Under the pieces are notes generated by a model, which was not told where the DNA came from, made no database searches, and saw only the letters and a program-made list of their open reading frames with translations. A DNA stretch of 32,864 nt from Ilumatobacteraceae bacterium. GTDB lineage: Bacteria > Actinomycetota > Acidimicrobiia > Acidimicrobiales > Ilumatobacteraceae. Below are positions 25,713-32,864 of this stretch, in pieces (the stretch's first letter is position 1; every line of letters starts with the position of its first letter). The DNA lies in the NCBI GenBank assembly GCA_036403055.1, contig DASWRR010000056.1:1-32864 (forward strand), read 5' to 3'. The translations under genes were made by a program, and so were the position numbers.

Positions 25713-26114
25713 ATGTCTAACCTTTGGGCAATGGTCGCGCAGTTGAACCACACGATCGTCGCCGCCCGCGACAAGTACGCATCGGCCACGTTCCTGTCCG
25801 AGATCCTCGGCTTGCCCGCACCGCAGCCGTTCGGGCATTTCCTCGTCGTTCCCACCGGAAACGGGGTGTCACTGGATTTCGACGACGCCGACGGTGACAT
25901 CGCATCGCAGCACTACGCGTTCCTCATCAGCGAGGACGAGTTCGACGAAGTGTTCGCCCGGGTCCGTGAACGAGGCATCACCTTCTGGCCGAACCCATGG
26001 CGCGGCAACGAGGGCAAGATCAATCACAACGACGGTGGTCGCGGCTTCTACTTCCAGGATCCGAGCGGCCACTTCCTCGAAGTGCTCACCCGCCCGTACG
26101 GAAGCGGTGAATGA
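25713..26114 (+). CDS. VOC (glyoxalase/bleomycin-resistance/dioxygenase) family protein
   Basis: 133 aa. HTIVAARD...HYAFLISEDEFDEV...GGRGFYFQDPSGHFLEV is the typical VOC beta-alpha-beta-beta-beta pattern. The start could instead be ATG 25731. Confidence 0.78.
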   Translation: MSNLWAMVAQLNHTIVAARDKYASATFLSEILGLPAPQPFGHFLVVPTGNGVSLDFDDADGDIASQHYAFLISEDEFDEVFARVRERGITFWPNPWRGNEGKINHNDGGRGFYFQDPSGHFLEVLTRPYGSGE

Positions 26115-26153
26115 ACTAGTCGTGTGCCGCGACTGCCTGGGAGACTGCGGCTG

Positions 26154-27167
26154 ATGCCGACACCGCGCGATCATTCAGCCGAAAGCGTCACCGCCGTCGC
26201 CGGCGAAGGCGGCATCGCCGTCTCGTACGTGCGCCCCGGATCGGCGGTGTCGCCGATGGCCGTCGTTCTGCTCGCTTCGTCGGCGCTGATCTTCAGCACC
26301 GGCGGCCTGTTCATCCGCGAGCTCGATCACCCGCACGCGTGGCAAACGGTCTTCTGGCGGTCGCTGTCGGCGTGCCTCAGCCTCGGTGTGCTGATCGTGT
26401 GGCGCGAGCGTGTCAACCCGCTTCGCGCAATCGTGCGGATCGGACGTCCGGGTTGGGCTGTGGCCGCGGCGTTCTGTGCCTCCTCCATCGGCATGGTCGT
26501 CGCGCTCAGCAAGACCAGCGTTGCCATCGTGCTCGTCATCTTCGCTCTCAGCCCCCTCGCAGCTGCGGTCATCGCCTGGTTCCTCATCGGTGAACGCGTT
26601 CGCAACTACACGTGGGCGGCGATCGCGGTCACGGTCGCGGGCGTTGCGTTCATGGTGTCGGGGCCCGGCGCCGGCGGCTCGACGTCGGGCGCCCTGATCG
26701 CGTTGGTCATCCCACTCGCGTTCGGCTACGGCACCGTGATGATCCGGCGGCACTCGGAGATCGCCATGGCACCGGCGATGTTGCTCGCGGCGGCAATCAG
26801 CTCACTGATCTCGCTGCCGTTCGCGCATCCATTCGACATCACGACGCACGACCTCTTGTTGCTGCTGACGTTCGGCTTCGCCCAGCTCGGCATCGGTCTT
26901 TCACTGTTCAGCATCGGCGCGGCACGCGCTCCGGCGACGGACGTCGCGCTGCTCTCGATGCTCGAGCCGATCATGGGGCCGATCTGGGTGTGGGTGTTCG
27001 TCAGCGAGTACCCGGGTGTGCCGGCGTTGATCGGCGGCTCCGCAGTGTTCGTCGCGCTCGCGGCGCACACGGTCTACGCGGCATCGCGAGCGGGAACGAT
27101 GGAGCAGTTGCACGACGAGCCCGTCCGTGTCGCCGGCCGATCGCCGAGTCCATCGAGCACGGGCTGA
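26154..27167 (+). CDS. DMT superfamily (EamA-like) transporter
   Basis: About 10 hydrophobic segments in two halves, with Gly/Ala-rich helices typical of EamA. The start is uncertain: GTG 26124 or ATG 26154. Confidence 0.8.
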   Translation: MPTPRDHSAESVTAVAGEGGIAVSYVRPGSAVSPMAVVLLASSALIFSTGGLFIRELDHPHAWQTVFWRSLSACLSLGVLIVWRERVNPLRAIVRIGRPGWAVAAAFCASSIGMVVALSKTSVAIVLVIFALSPLAAAVIAWFLIGERVRNYTWAAIAVTVAGVAFMVSGPGAGGSTSGALIALVIPLAFGYGTVMIRRHSEIAMAPAMLLAAAISSLISLPFAHPFDITTHDLLLLLTFGFAQLGIGLSLFSIGAARAPATDVALLSMLEPIMGPIWVWVFVSEYPGVPALIGGSAVFVALAAHTVYAASRAGTMEQLHDEPVRVAGRSPSPSSTG

Positions 27168-27185
27168 CGGTCGAACGCAACCGTC
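27166..27185. terminator. Weak hairpin between convergent genes (GACGGT-cgaacgca-ACCGTC)
   Basis: A 6-bp stem with an 8-nt loop in the 25-nt gap between the EamA stop (27167) and the AKR stop (27193). A third GACGGT copy at 27188-27193 allows an alternative pairing. No U-tract. Confidence 0.25.
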
Positions 27186-27192
27186 CCGACGG

Positions 27193-28173
27193 TCACCCGT
27201 TGTCCGTCGGGTTCATCGTCGATCCGGGCGCCACGACGCGGTCGATCGCAGCAAGAACGTCGTCGCCGAGATGCACGTCCGCGGCGTCGAGCAGCACGCG
27301 AAGCTGCTCCGGTGTGCGCGGTCCGATCAACGCCGACGTGACGGCGGGATGGGCCAGCACGAATCCGAGGGCAAGTTGCACGAGCGAGATGCCGGCGCCG
27401 TTCGCGATGTCGATCAACTCGCTGACGACCTCCTGCTTTGCCGCGCGCATCGCAACGTCGCGATGGTCGAAGTGCTCGGGCTCGCGCGCTGCGCGAGATG
27501 ATCCGTCGTCGGATCCCGATTGGTACTTGCCGGTCAACCATCCGCCGTTCAACGGCGCCCACACGAGCACCCCGACACCATGGTCATGACACCACGGCAA
27601 CGCCTCGGTCTCGATCGCCCGCACCAACAGCGAGTACGGCGGCTGCTCGCTCGACGGCAGCGTTGCACCGATCTCCTCGGCGCGGTGTCGGACCGCGGCC
27701 AGTTGCGGTTGCGAGAAGGTCGACGTACCGATGGCTCGCACCTTCCCCGATCGAACGAGGTCGTCGAACGCGGCCAGCGTCTCGTCGATCGGCGTGTCGG
27801 GGTCCGGGCGATGTGCTTGGTACAGGTCGATGTGGTCCGTCTGCAGCCGCCGAAGGCTTGCCTCGCAGGATTGGACGATCCAACGCCGTGACAGCCCGCG
27901 CTGCGACGGGTCGTCGCTCATCGCGTTGCCGACCTTCGTCGCGATCACGACATCGGCTCGGCGGCCGGCGAGCGCGCGACCGAGGATCTCCTCCGACGTA
28001 CCGAAGTCGTAGATGTCGGCGGTGTCGAACAACGTCACGCCCGCGGCAAGCGCCTCGTCGACCATCCGCCGGCATTCCGCTTCGTCAGGATTTCCCCAGC
28101 GCCCGAACATCATCGTTCCGAGGGCCAAGGTACTGACCTGAATGCCGCTGGCGCCGAGCGTCCGTCGTTCCAT
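27193..28173 (-). CDS. Aldo/keto reductase
   Basis: MERRTLGASGIQVSTLALGTMMFG...LFDTADIY is the canonical AKR N-terminus. ATG 28173 lies 2 nt after the upstream gene's stop. Confidence 0.9.
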   Translation of the reverse strand: MERRTLGASGIQVSTLALGTMMFGRWGNPDEAECRRMVDEALAAGVTLFDTADIYDFGTSEEILGRALAGRRADVVIATKVGNAMSDDPSQRGLSRRWIVQSCEASLRRLQTDHIDLYQAHRPDPDTPIDETLAAFDDLVRSGKVRAIGTSTFSQPQLAAVRHRAEEIGATLPSSEQPPYSLLVRAIETEALPWCHDHGVGVLVWAPLNGGWLTGKYQSGSDDGSSRAAREPEHFDHRDVAMRAAKQEVVSELIDIANGAGISLVQLALGFVLAHPAVTSALIGPRTPEQLRVLLDAADVHLGDDVLAAIDRVVAPGSTMNPTDNG

Positions 28174-28175
28174 GC

Positions 28176-28571
28176 TCAGGCGAGACCGGCTTGGCGTTGG
28201 AACACCAAGCTGTCCCAGTAGTCGATGCGGTGGGCGATCAATCCGTCGCGCACGACGAACCGCATGACACCACGAACCGCAATTGGTCGATCGTTGAACG
28301 TCGTGCGCAGCGTGTAAGCCGCGCACACCCGATCACCGTCCTCCAACACATCCTCGACGTCGTAGCGCAGCCCTGGCATCGACGCGATGAACCCCGGCAG
28401 GCGCTGGCGATACTCGACGATGCCGACGCAACCGCTGCCGAGTGCAGAGGTGTGCTCGTTGATGAAGTCGTCGGTGACGAACGAGGCGACCACATCGGCC
28501 GAAGCGGTGGAGAACGCGTCGAGGTACCCGAGACAGACGGCGGTCGGAGAATCCTCAGCGCCCGCCGTCAC
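28176..28571 (-). CDS. SnoaL-like / NTF2-fold protein (ester-cyclase family)
   Basis: YLDAFS...YRQRLPGFIASMPGLRYDVEDVLEDGDRVCAAYTLR...RDGLIAHRIDYWD is the SnoaL-like pattern. GTG 28571 overlaps the upstream VOC stop as GTGA. The longer ORF to 28703 overlaps that VOC gene. Confidence 0.75.
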   Translation of the reverse strand: MTAGAEDSPTAVCLGYLDAFSTASADVVASFVTDDFINEHTSALGSGCVGIVEYRQRLPGFIASMPGLRYDVEDVLEDGDRVCAAYTLRTTFNDRPIAVRGVMRFVVRDGLIAHRIDYWDSLVFQRQAGLA

Positions 28572-29047
28572 GAACCGGCACCCCAGACCTCCTGCACCGT
28601 CGCGTACACACCCTGGTCGTAGGAGAACTCGATCATGTTGCCGTCCGGGTCCTTCAACGCGCAGATGTACCCGATCGGCGGGGGCATCTCCGTCGGGGCC
28701 CACGCGAGGCAGCCTTCCGCTTCGCCGCGCTCGGCGATCTCATCGACCTCGGCACGGCTCGTGACCTCGATGCCGATGTGCGCAAACGGTGCCATGATCG
28801 GTTGCGGACCTTTGTCGTGGTCGCGGATGAAGCTGACCAGCACGAGGATGAACGGCTTGTCGACTTGATCGCGATGACCGAGCCACGCGCCTTGCCCGTC
28901 GGCGTCCTCGCGACGGTCGAGCAGCTCGAGCGGCGTGAACCGCTCGTACCACGCAATCGTCTTGTCGATGTCGGTCGCCGGGAGCGCGATGTGGGTCCAT
29001 CGCATGGACGGCGGATGCACGGAGTACTTGTCGGCGACCTCACTCAT
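28568..29047 (-). CDS. VOC family protein (glyoxalase-like)
   Basis: 159 aa. WTHIALPATDIDKTIAWYERF...FAHIGIEV...LKDPDGNMIEFSY is the VOC pattern. Confidence 0.8.
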   Translation of the reverse strand: MSEVADKYSVHPPSMRWTHIALPATDIDKTIAWYERFTPLELLDRREDADGQGAWLGHRDQVDKPFILVLVSFIRDHDKGPQPIMAPFAHIGIEVTSRAEVDEIAERGEAEGCLAWAPTEMPPPIGYICALKDPDGNMIEFSYDQGVYATVQEVWGAGS

Positions 29048-29531
29048 TTGTCCACCCTTCGGGGATCACCGGATCGCTGCCGCCCTTGGTCCACAGGATC
29101 AGCGTGTTGCCCCACGGGTCGAGGAACGCACTGTTGAACCCGTTGAACTCGGCCCAGTAGTGCTGCCGCCACAGCTCGGTCGCGCCGAGGCGGACCGCCG
29201 TATCGAGGATCCGTTCGTCGCTGTCGTCGTCGGAGACGAGGATCCACACTCGCGCCGTTCGACCGTCCCTCGCGATCGATCGAGGATCGACACCGGCGGG
29301 GTCGGGATGCGGCCGCGCGTTCGCGACGTTGAAGATCCCCATGTGCAGGTTGCCGATCTCCGACGGCGAGCCGTCCGGGAGCGGGAAGTGGCCACCTGGC
29401 ACGATTCGGTGGAACTCGCCGGCCGGCCGACCTTCGACTTCCCACCCGAAGACCTCGGCGTAGAACCGCCCGGAGGCCTCCGGATCGTCGCTGGGCAGAT
29501 CCACGAAGATCAACGTGTTGGGTTCGGTCAT
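29040..29531 (-). CDS. VOC family protein (glyoxalase-like)
   Basis: 163 aa. LIFVDLPSDDPEASGRFYAEVFGWEV...FLDPWGNTLILW. The stop overlaps the next VOC gene's start by 8 nt. Confidence 0.78.
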   Translation of the reverse strand: MTEPNTLIFVDLPSDDPEASGRFYAEVFGWEVEGRPAGEFHRIVPGGHFPLPDGSPSEIGNLHMGIFNVANARPHPDPAGVDPRSIARDGRTARVWILVSDDDSDERILDTAVRLGATELWRQHYWAEFNGFNSAFLDPWGNTLILWTKGGSDPVIPEGWTNE

Positions 29532-29554
29532 GAGCGCGAACGTAGCATCGTTGG

Positions 29555-29572
29555 ACTGATGGTCTGACCTTC
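29555..29572. promoter_or_regulatory. Candidate GntR-type operator (site B): ACTGATGGTC-T-GACCtTC
   Basis: Imperfect palindrome (one mismatch in the 7+1+7 core) lying 27-41 nt upstream of the VOC operon ATG (29531, minus strand). It contains ATGGTCTGAC. Confidence 0.5.
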
Positions 29573-29674
29573 ACAACGGACGGCCGCAACGCCGCTGGCG
29601 GCCGGTCGATCGGCCAAAATCTGACGTCCGTGTCACGACGGTTCGGGCGGCGAGAGTATGGTTCGTCCACAGCC

Positions 29675-29689
29675 GATGGTCTGACCATC
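29675..29689. promoter_or_regulatory. Candidate GntR-type operator (site C): GATGGTC-T-GACCATC (perfect)
   Basis: Perfect 7+1+7 palindrome ending 30 nt upstream of the BMP lipoprotein GTG (29719). It lies downstream of a TATGGT -10-like hexamer (29657-29662) and contains ATGGTCTGAC. Confidence 0.55.
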
Positions 29690-29718
29690 AGTCCGCGCAT
29701 CCAAGGGGAGGAACCGAC

Positions 29719-30924
29719 GTGAAGAGCAGCAAGCGAGGTCGACGCACGAGCCAGGTGTTGGTGGCGTTGGCCGCGACATCGATCATCGCCGCCGCCTGCG
29801 GCAGCGACAGCAAGACGAGCAACGCGACGTCTGCGGCAACACAACCCGTTGCCGCGACCACCGCCGCGACGCAGCCCACAGCGACACAAGCCGCGACCAC
29901 CGCGCCGGCGGCGACGGACGCCCCTGCGACATCTGCGGGGAGCGGGAAGTCATCGCTCGACACGAATCACGACGGCAAGGTCGTCTTCGGCATCGCCGCT
30001 GCAGGGCCTGCGGACGACGGCGCGTACTACCAAGCCGTGGTCGACGCCGCGAAGACGCTGTCGAAGGACAACGGTTTCGAGGATCCGATCGTGGTCGACA
30101 ACATCCAAGCCGCTGACGCCGCGACGGTCATCGGCGACCTTGCACAGCAAGGCGTCGACGTCATCATCGTCGGCGCATCGGAGATCGCCGAGCCACTACC
30201 CGACCTCATCGCCAAGTACCCCGACGTGTTCTGGTACTGCAACTGTGGCGCCGGCTTCCCGCCCAATCCCGGACTGTCCCAGAGCCTCGACCGCGGCAGC
30301 GAGATCGGTTACACGGCCGGATACGCAACCGGCTTGAAGCTGAAGGAGAAGGGTGGTGATTCGGTGGTGATCATCGGCTGCTGCGACCTCGGCTTCGAGA
30401 AGCAGGCTGTCATGTCGTTCGATCTCGGTCTGAAGGCGGTCGACCCCTCGTACAGCGAGACGTACGTGCCGTCCGGCGACTTCCCGTTCGATTTCGACAA
30501 CACGGCAAACGCGACCGCTGCGCTGCAGACAGCGATCGACAACGGCGCTGACGCGGTGTATCCGTACCTCGGCGGCGCGTTGCGGCCGGTCGTTCAGGCG
30601 GCGGACGCTGCCGGCATCATCACGATGAGTGCAGGATCGTCCAAGGTGTGCGATCCCGGGCAAGACCTGAAGTACGACATCGCCGTTCGATTCGATGCCG
30701 GCGACTACGTCAAGGCTGTCATGAAGGAGATCATCGCCGGCACGTTCAAGGAAGGCGACACGAAGACGTTCAAGGTCGGAGTCGACCCCGAGCCGGGTGC
30801 CGTGATCTGCAACCCGACGCCTGACCAGAAGGCGGCAATGGACGCCGTCTACGCGCAGATCGCCTCCGGTGCGTTCGACGACCAGTTCGGCAAGATCGAC
30901 GCGACTGCCTTTGCCCAGGGCTGA
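29719..30924 (+). CDS. BMP-family (PnrA/Med-like) ABC transporter substrate-binding lipoprotein
   Basis: Signal peptide plus lipobox (IIAAACG), a T/A/Q/P-rich linker, then a BMP-type domain (KVVFGIAAAGPADDGAYYQAVVDAAK...). GTG start with SD GGGGAGGA 7 nt upstream. Confidence 0.85.
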   Translation: MKSSKRGRRTSQVLVALAATSIIAAACGSDSKTSNATSAATQPVAATTAATQPTATQAATTAPAATDAPATSAGSGKSSLDTNHDGKVVFGIAAAGPADDGAYYQAVVDAAKTLSKDNGFEDPIVVDNIQAADAATVIGDLAQQGVDVIIVGASEIAEPLPDLIAKYPDVFWYCNCGAGFPPNPGLSQSLDRGSEIGYTAGYATGLKLKEKGGDSVVIIGCCDLGFEKQAVMSFDLGLKAVDPSYSETYVPSGDFPFDFDNTANATAALQTAIDNGADAVYPYLGGALRPVVQAADAAGIITMSAGSSKVCDPGQDLKYDIAVRFDAGDYVKAVMKEIIAGTFKEGDTKTFKVGVDPEPGAVICNPTPDQKAAMDAVYAQIASGAFDDQFGKIDATAFAQG

Positions 30925-30933
30925 TCACAACAA

Positions 30934-32529
30934 GTGACCCAAGCGTTCGACGTCCGCGCCGGCGGGGAGCCAGTAGCTCCGCCGGCTGCGGAGTTCATCG
31001 GCATCACGAAGCGGTTCGGTCGGGTGGTCGCGTGCGACCACGTCGATCTCGCGCTGCACCGCGGCCGGATCCACGGCATCCTCGGCGAGAACGGGGCCGG
31101 CAAGTCGACGTTGATGAAGATGCTGATCGGTCTCGTGCTCCCGGACGCCGGAGAGATCCGGATCCACGGCGAGGTGGTGTCGGTCGCGGACCCGGTCAAC
31201 GCGGCGCGCATGGGGATCGCGATGGTCCACCAGCACTTCAGCCTGGTCGAAGCGTTGACCGTGTGGGAGAACGTCGCGCTCGGTGACTCCGGTCGGTTGG
31301 ACCCAGGTCTGACGCGGCGGCGGGTCAACGAGATCAGCGAGCAATACGGGCTGGAGATCCGGCCCGACGATCGCATCGCCGACCTCACGACGGGAATGCG
31401 CCAGCGCGTCGAGATCATCAAGTGCCTGCGACGCGATCCCCAGATACTCGTGTTCGACGAGCCGACGTCGGTGCTCTCCCCCGCCGAGTCGGAGTTCTTG
31501 TTCGCCGCGTTGCGTCGGGTGGTCGAGGAAGAGGGCAAGGCGGTCGCACTGGTCAGCCACAAGCTCGCCGAGGTGATCGCCGCAAGCGACGAGATCACGA
31601 TCATGCGCGACGGCAAGGTCGTCGATTCGCGCCCGACCGCAGGCAGCGACCCGGCGACGCTCGCCAGAGCGATGGTCGGTCGCGAGGTCGTCCTGCGCCG
31701 AGAGCACGCGGCGTTCGGAGTGTTGGACCCAACAGTCGTCGATGCGAACGTCGTCGACGACCCGGTGAAGGAACCGACCGATCTTCGGCCGGCACTGGCG
31801 ATCACGAACGCGACGATCATCGGCGCCGATGGCCGGCCCGTGCTCGACGGGCTGACGCTCGACGTGCGATCCGGCGAGATCGTCGGCGTCGCGGGTGTCG
31901 AGGGCAACGGCCAGCGTGCGCTGGGTGATGTGTTGTCGAGCCTGCTCTCGCTCGACAAGGGTGTGATCGAGGTCGGCGGCATCGCTGTCGAGACCGGTCG
32001 TGCCGGTGCGATGGCCGGGGCAGGCATCGCGGTGATCCCGGAGGACCGTCACGACAGTGGGTGCGTGCTCGACTTCAACGTCGCCGAGAACATCTTCATC
32101 GCCGACCCACAGCGGGTCGCCCGCGGCGGCTTGATGAATCGGTCGCAGATGTATCAGCAGGCGGCGCGCCTCATCGAGAAGTTCGACATCATGTGCAGTG
32201 GGCCTCGTGCCCCGATGTGGTCGTTGAGTGGCGGCAACCAACAACGCGTCGTGCTGGCGCGCGAGCTGTCCCACGGGCCGAAGGTGCTCGTCGCCGCACA
32301 GCCGACGCGTGGTCTCGACGTCGGCGCGATCGAGTACATGTCGTCGCAGTTGCGCGCTGCCGCTGCGGACGGGGTCGCGGTGCTGTTGATCTCGACGGAG
32401 CTCGAAGAGATCCTCGACCTGGCGGATCGAGTCGCGGTGATCTCGAACGGCCGGATCGTCGGCGAGATGAGGCGCGACGAAGTGGACGTTGTGGTGCTCG
32501 GCTTGATGATGAGCGGCGCCAGTGAGTGA
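30934..32529 (+). CDS. ABC transporter ATP-binding protein, duplicated ATPase (sugar/nucleoside CUT2-type)
   Basis: Walker A GENGAGKST, signature-like TTGMRQRVEI, Walker B LVFDEPTS. The second half carries LSGGNQQRVVLAREL and ISTELEE. Confidence 0.9.
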   Translation: MTQAFDVRAGGEPVAPPAAEFIGITKRFGRVVACDHVDLALHRGRIHGILGENGAGKSTLMKMLIGLVLPDAGEIRIHGEVVSVADPVNAARMGIAMVHQHFSLVEALTVWENVALGDSGRLDPGLTRRRVNEISEQYGLEIRPDDRIADLTTGMRQRVEIIKCLRRDPQILVFDEPTSVLSPAESEFLFAALRRVVEEEGKAVALVSHKLAEVIAASDEITIMRDGKVVDSRPTAGSDPATLARAMVGREVVLRREHAAFGVLDPTVVDANVVDDPVKEPTDLRPALAITNATIIGADGRPVLDGLTLDVRSGEIVGVAGVEGNGQRALGDVLSSLLSLDKGVIEVGGIAVETGRAGAMAGAGIAVIPEDRHDSGCVLDFNVAENIFIADPQRVARGGLMNRSQMYQQAARLIEKFDIMCSGPRAPMWSLSGGNQQRVVLARELSHGPKVLVAAQPTRGLDVGAIEYMSSQLRAAAADGVAVLLISTELEEILDLADRVAVISNGRIVGEMRRDEVDVVVLGLMMSGASE

Positions 32530-32864
32530 CGTCGGCGAGCGGGCGATCACCGACGCCGAGCACACCGAGGTCGCCAATGCGGCGAGGCAGCGTTCGAAGT
32601 TCGGGGTCACCGGCGAAGTCGTCGCGCTGTACGTCATCTGCCTGTTCGTCGCACTCGCGCTCGCGGCGATCTGCGTCGCCGCGACCGGCGGGTCGTGGAC
32701 CAACGTGTACACGGCGATGCTCGACGGCAGCATCCGCAAGCCGGGACGGTGGGGTGTCACCCTCGGCGTCTCGGCGCCGATACTTCTCGTCGCGCTCGGC
32801 ACGGTCGTCAACGGCCGCGCCGGGCTCGTCAACATCGGCCAGGAAGGGCAGCTCGTCATGGGGG
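32522..32864 (+). CDS. ABC transporter permease, 3'-truncated by the window edge
   Basis: Hand translation from GTG 32522 gives VSDVGERAI...VALYVICLFVALALAAICVAATGGSW...LGVSAPILLVALGTVVNGRAGLVNIGQEGQLVMG. The RAG-x-x-NIG-x-EGQ block is typical of CUT2/BMP-type permeases. It overlaps the ATPase stop by 8 nt (GTGAGTGA). Not in the supplied ORF track because it has no stop. Confidence 0.8.
   Translation, partial: MSDVGERAITDAEHTEVANAARQRSKFGVTGEVVALYVICLFVALALAAICVAATGGSWTNVYTAMLDGSIRKPGRWGVTLGVSAPILLVALGTVVNGRAGLVNIGQEGQLVMG

Noticed and set aside
29581-29604. GC-rich hairpin CGGCCGC-(10 nt)-GCGGCCG in the middle of the divergent promoter region, plus a small palindrome CGTGTCACG at 29629-29637.
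   Set aside because: It is not at the 3' end of any gene, has no U-tract, and I recognise no riboswitch consensus. Short GC-rich inverted repeats arise easily in this composition. It may matter, but that cannot be supported from sequence alone.
30925-32859. 644-aa minus-strand ORF (and a 392-aa one at 30849-32027) antisense to the ABC ATPase.
   Set aside because: Same GC-skew artefact. The plus-strand frame carries Walker A/B and ABC signature motifs, while the antisense product is low-complexity.
1-32864. Scan for CRISPR arrays, IS elements or transposases, prophage genes, toxin-antitoxin pairs and known defence-system signatures.
   Set aside because: I found no spaced direct-repeat arrays, no terminal inverted repeats flanking a transposase-like ORF, and no nuclease/ATPase/methylase combinations typical of defence systems. 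Intergenic space is too small to hide them.

Overview
High-GC, GC3-rich bacterial chromosomal DNA, with Actinomycetota-like gene content and synteny. I saw no rRNA, CRISPR array, transposase, integrase or phage genes. Positions ~400-14300 are mostly a minus-strand housekeeping block: dapA, rnj, a lipoprotein, ftsK, rimO, pgsA, cinA and tRNA-Arg(UCU), followed by a serine hydrolase, carD, and a divergent glutamine-synthetase-like / TPP-enzyme pair. Positions ~14350-32864 are accessory metabolism. They hold an MBL lactonase-like gene with a GT1 glycosyltransferase, then tam. Next comes a tightly overlapped operon of GntR(FadR-type), cupin, hydantoinase/oxoprolinase A and B, a CaiC-like CoA ligase and a Rieske oxygenase. 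After that come a MarR-GNAT fusion, a VOC protein and an EamA exporter. A minus-strand VOC-VOC-SnoaL-AKR operon follows, facing a divergent BMP-family ABC importer. The most interesting signal is regulatory. The 10-mer ATGGTCTGAC sits inside GntR/FadR-style palindromes directly upstream of the GntR operon. It occurs twice more in the divergent VOC-operon/BMP-ABC promoter 12 kb away. This predicts one regulon joining uptake, an uncharacterised ATP-dependent HyuAB/CoA-ligase/Rieske pathway and a VOC/SnoaL/AKR module. Other observations are a Shine-Dalgarno-led 21-codon uORF overlapping the GntR start, several apparently leaderless divergent promoters, and a perfect palindrome filling the Rieske/MarR-GNAT junction. 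All calls come from reading motifs by eye; no database search was run.
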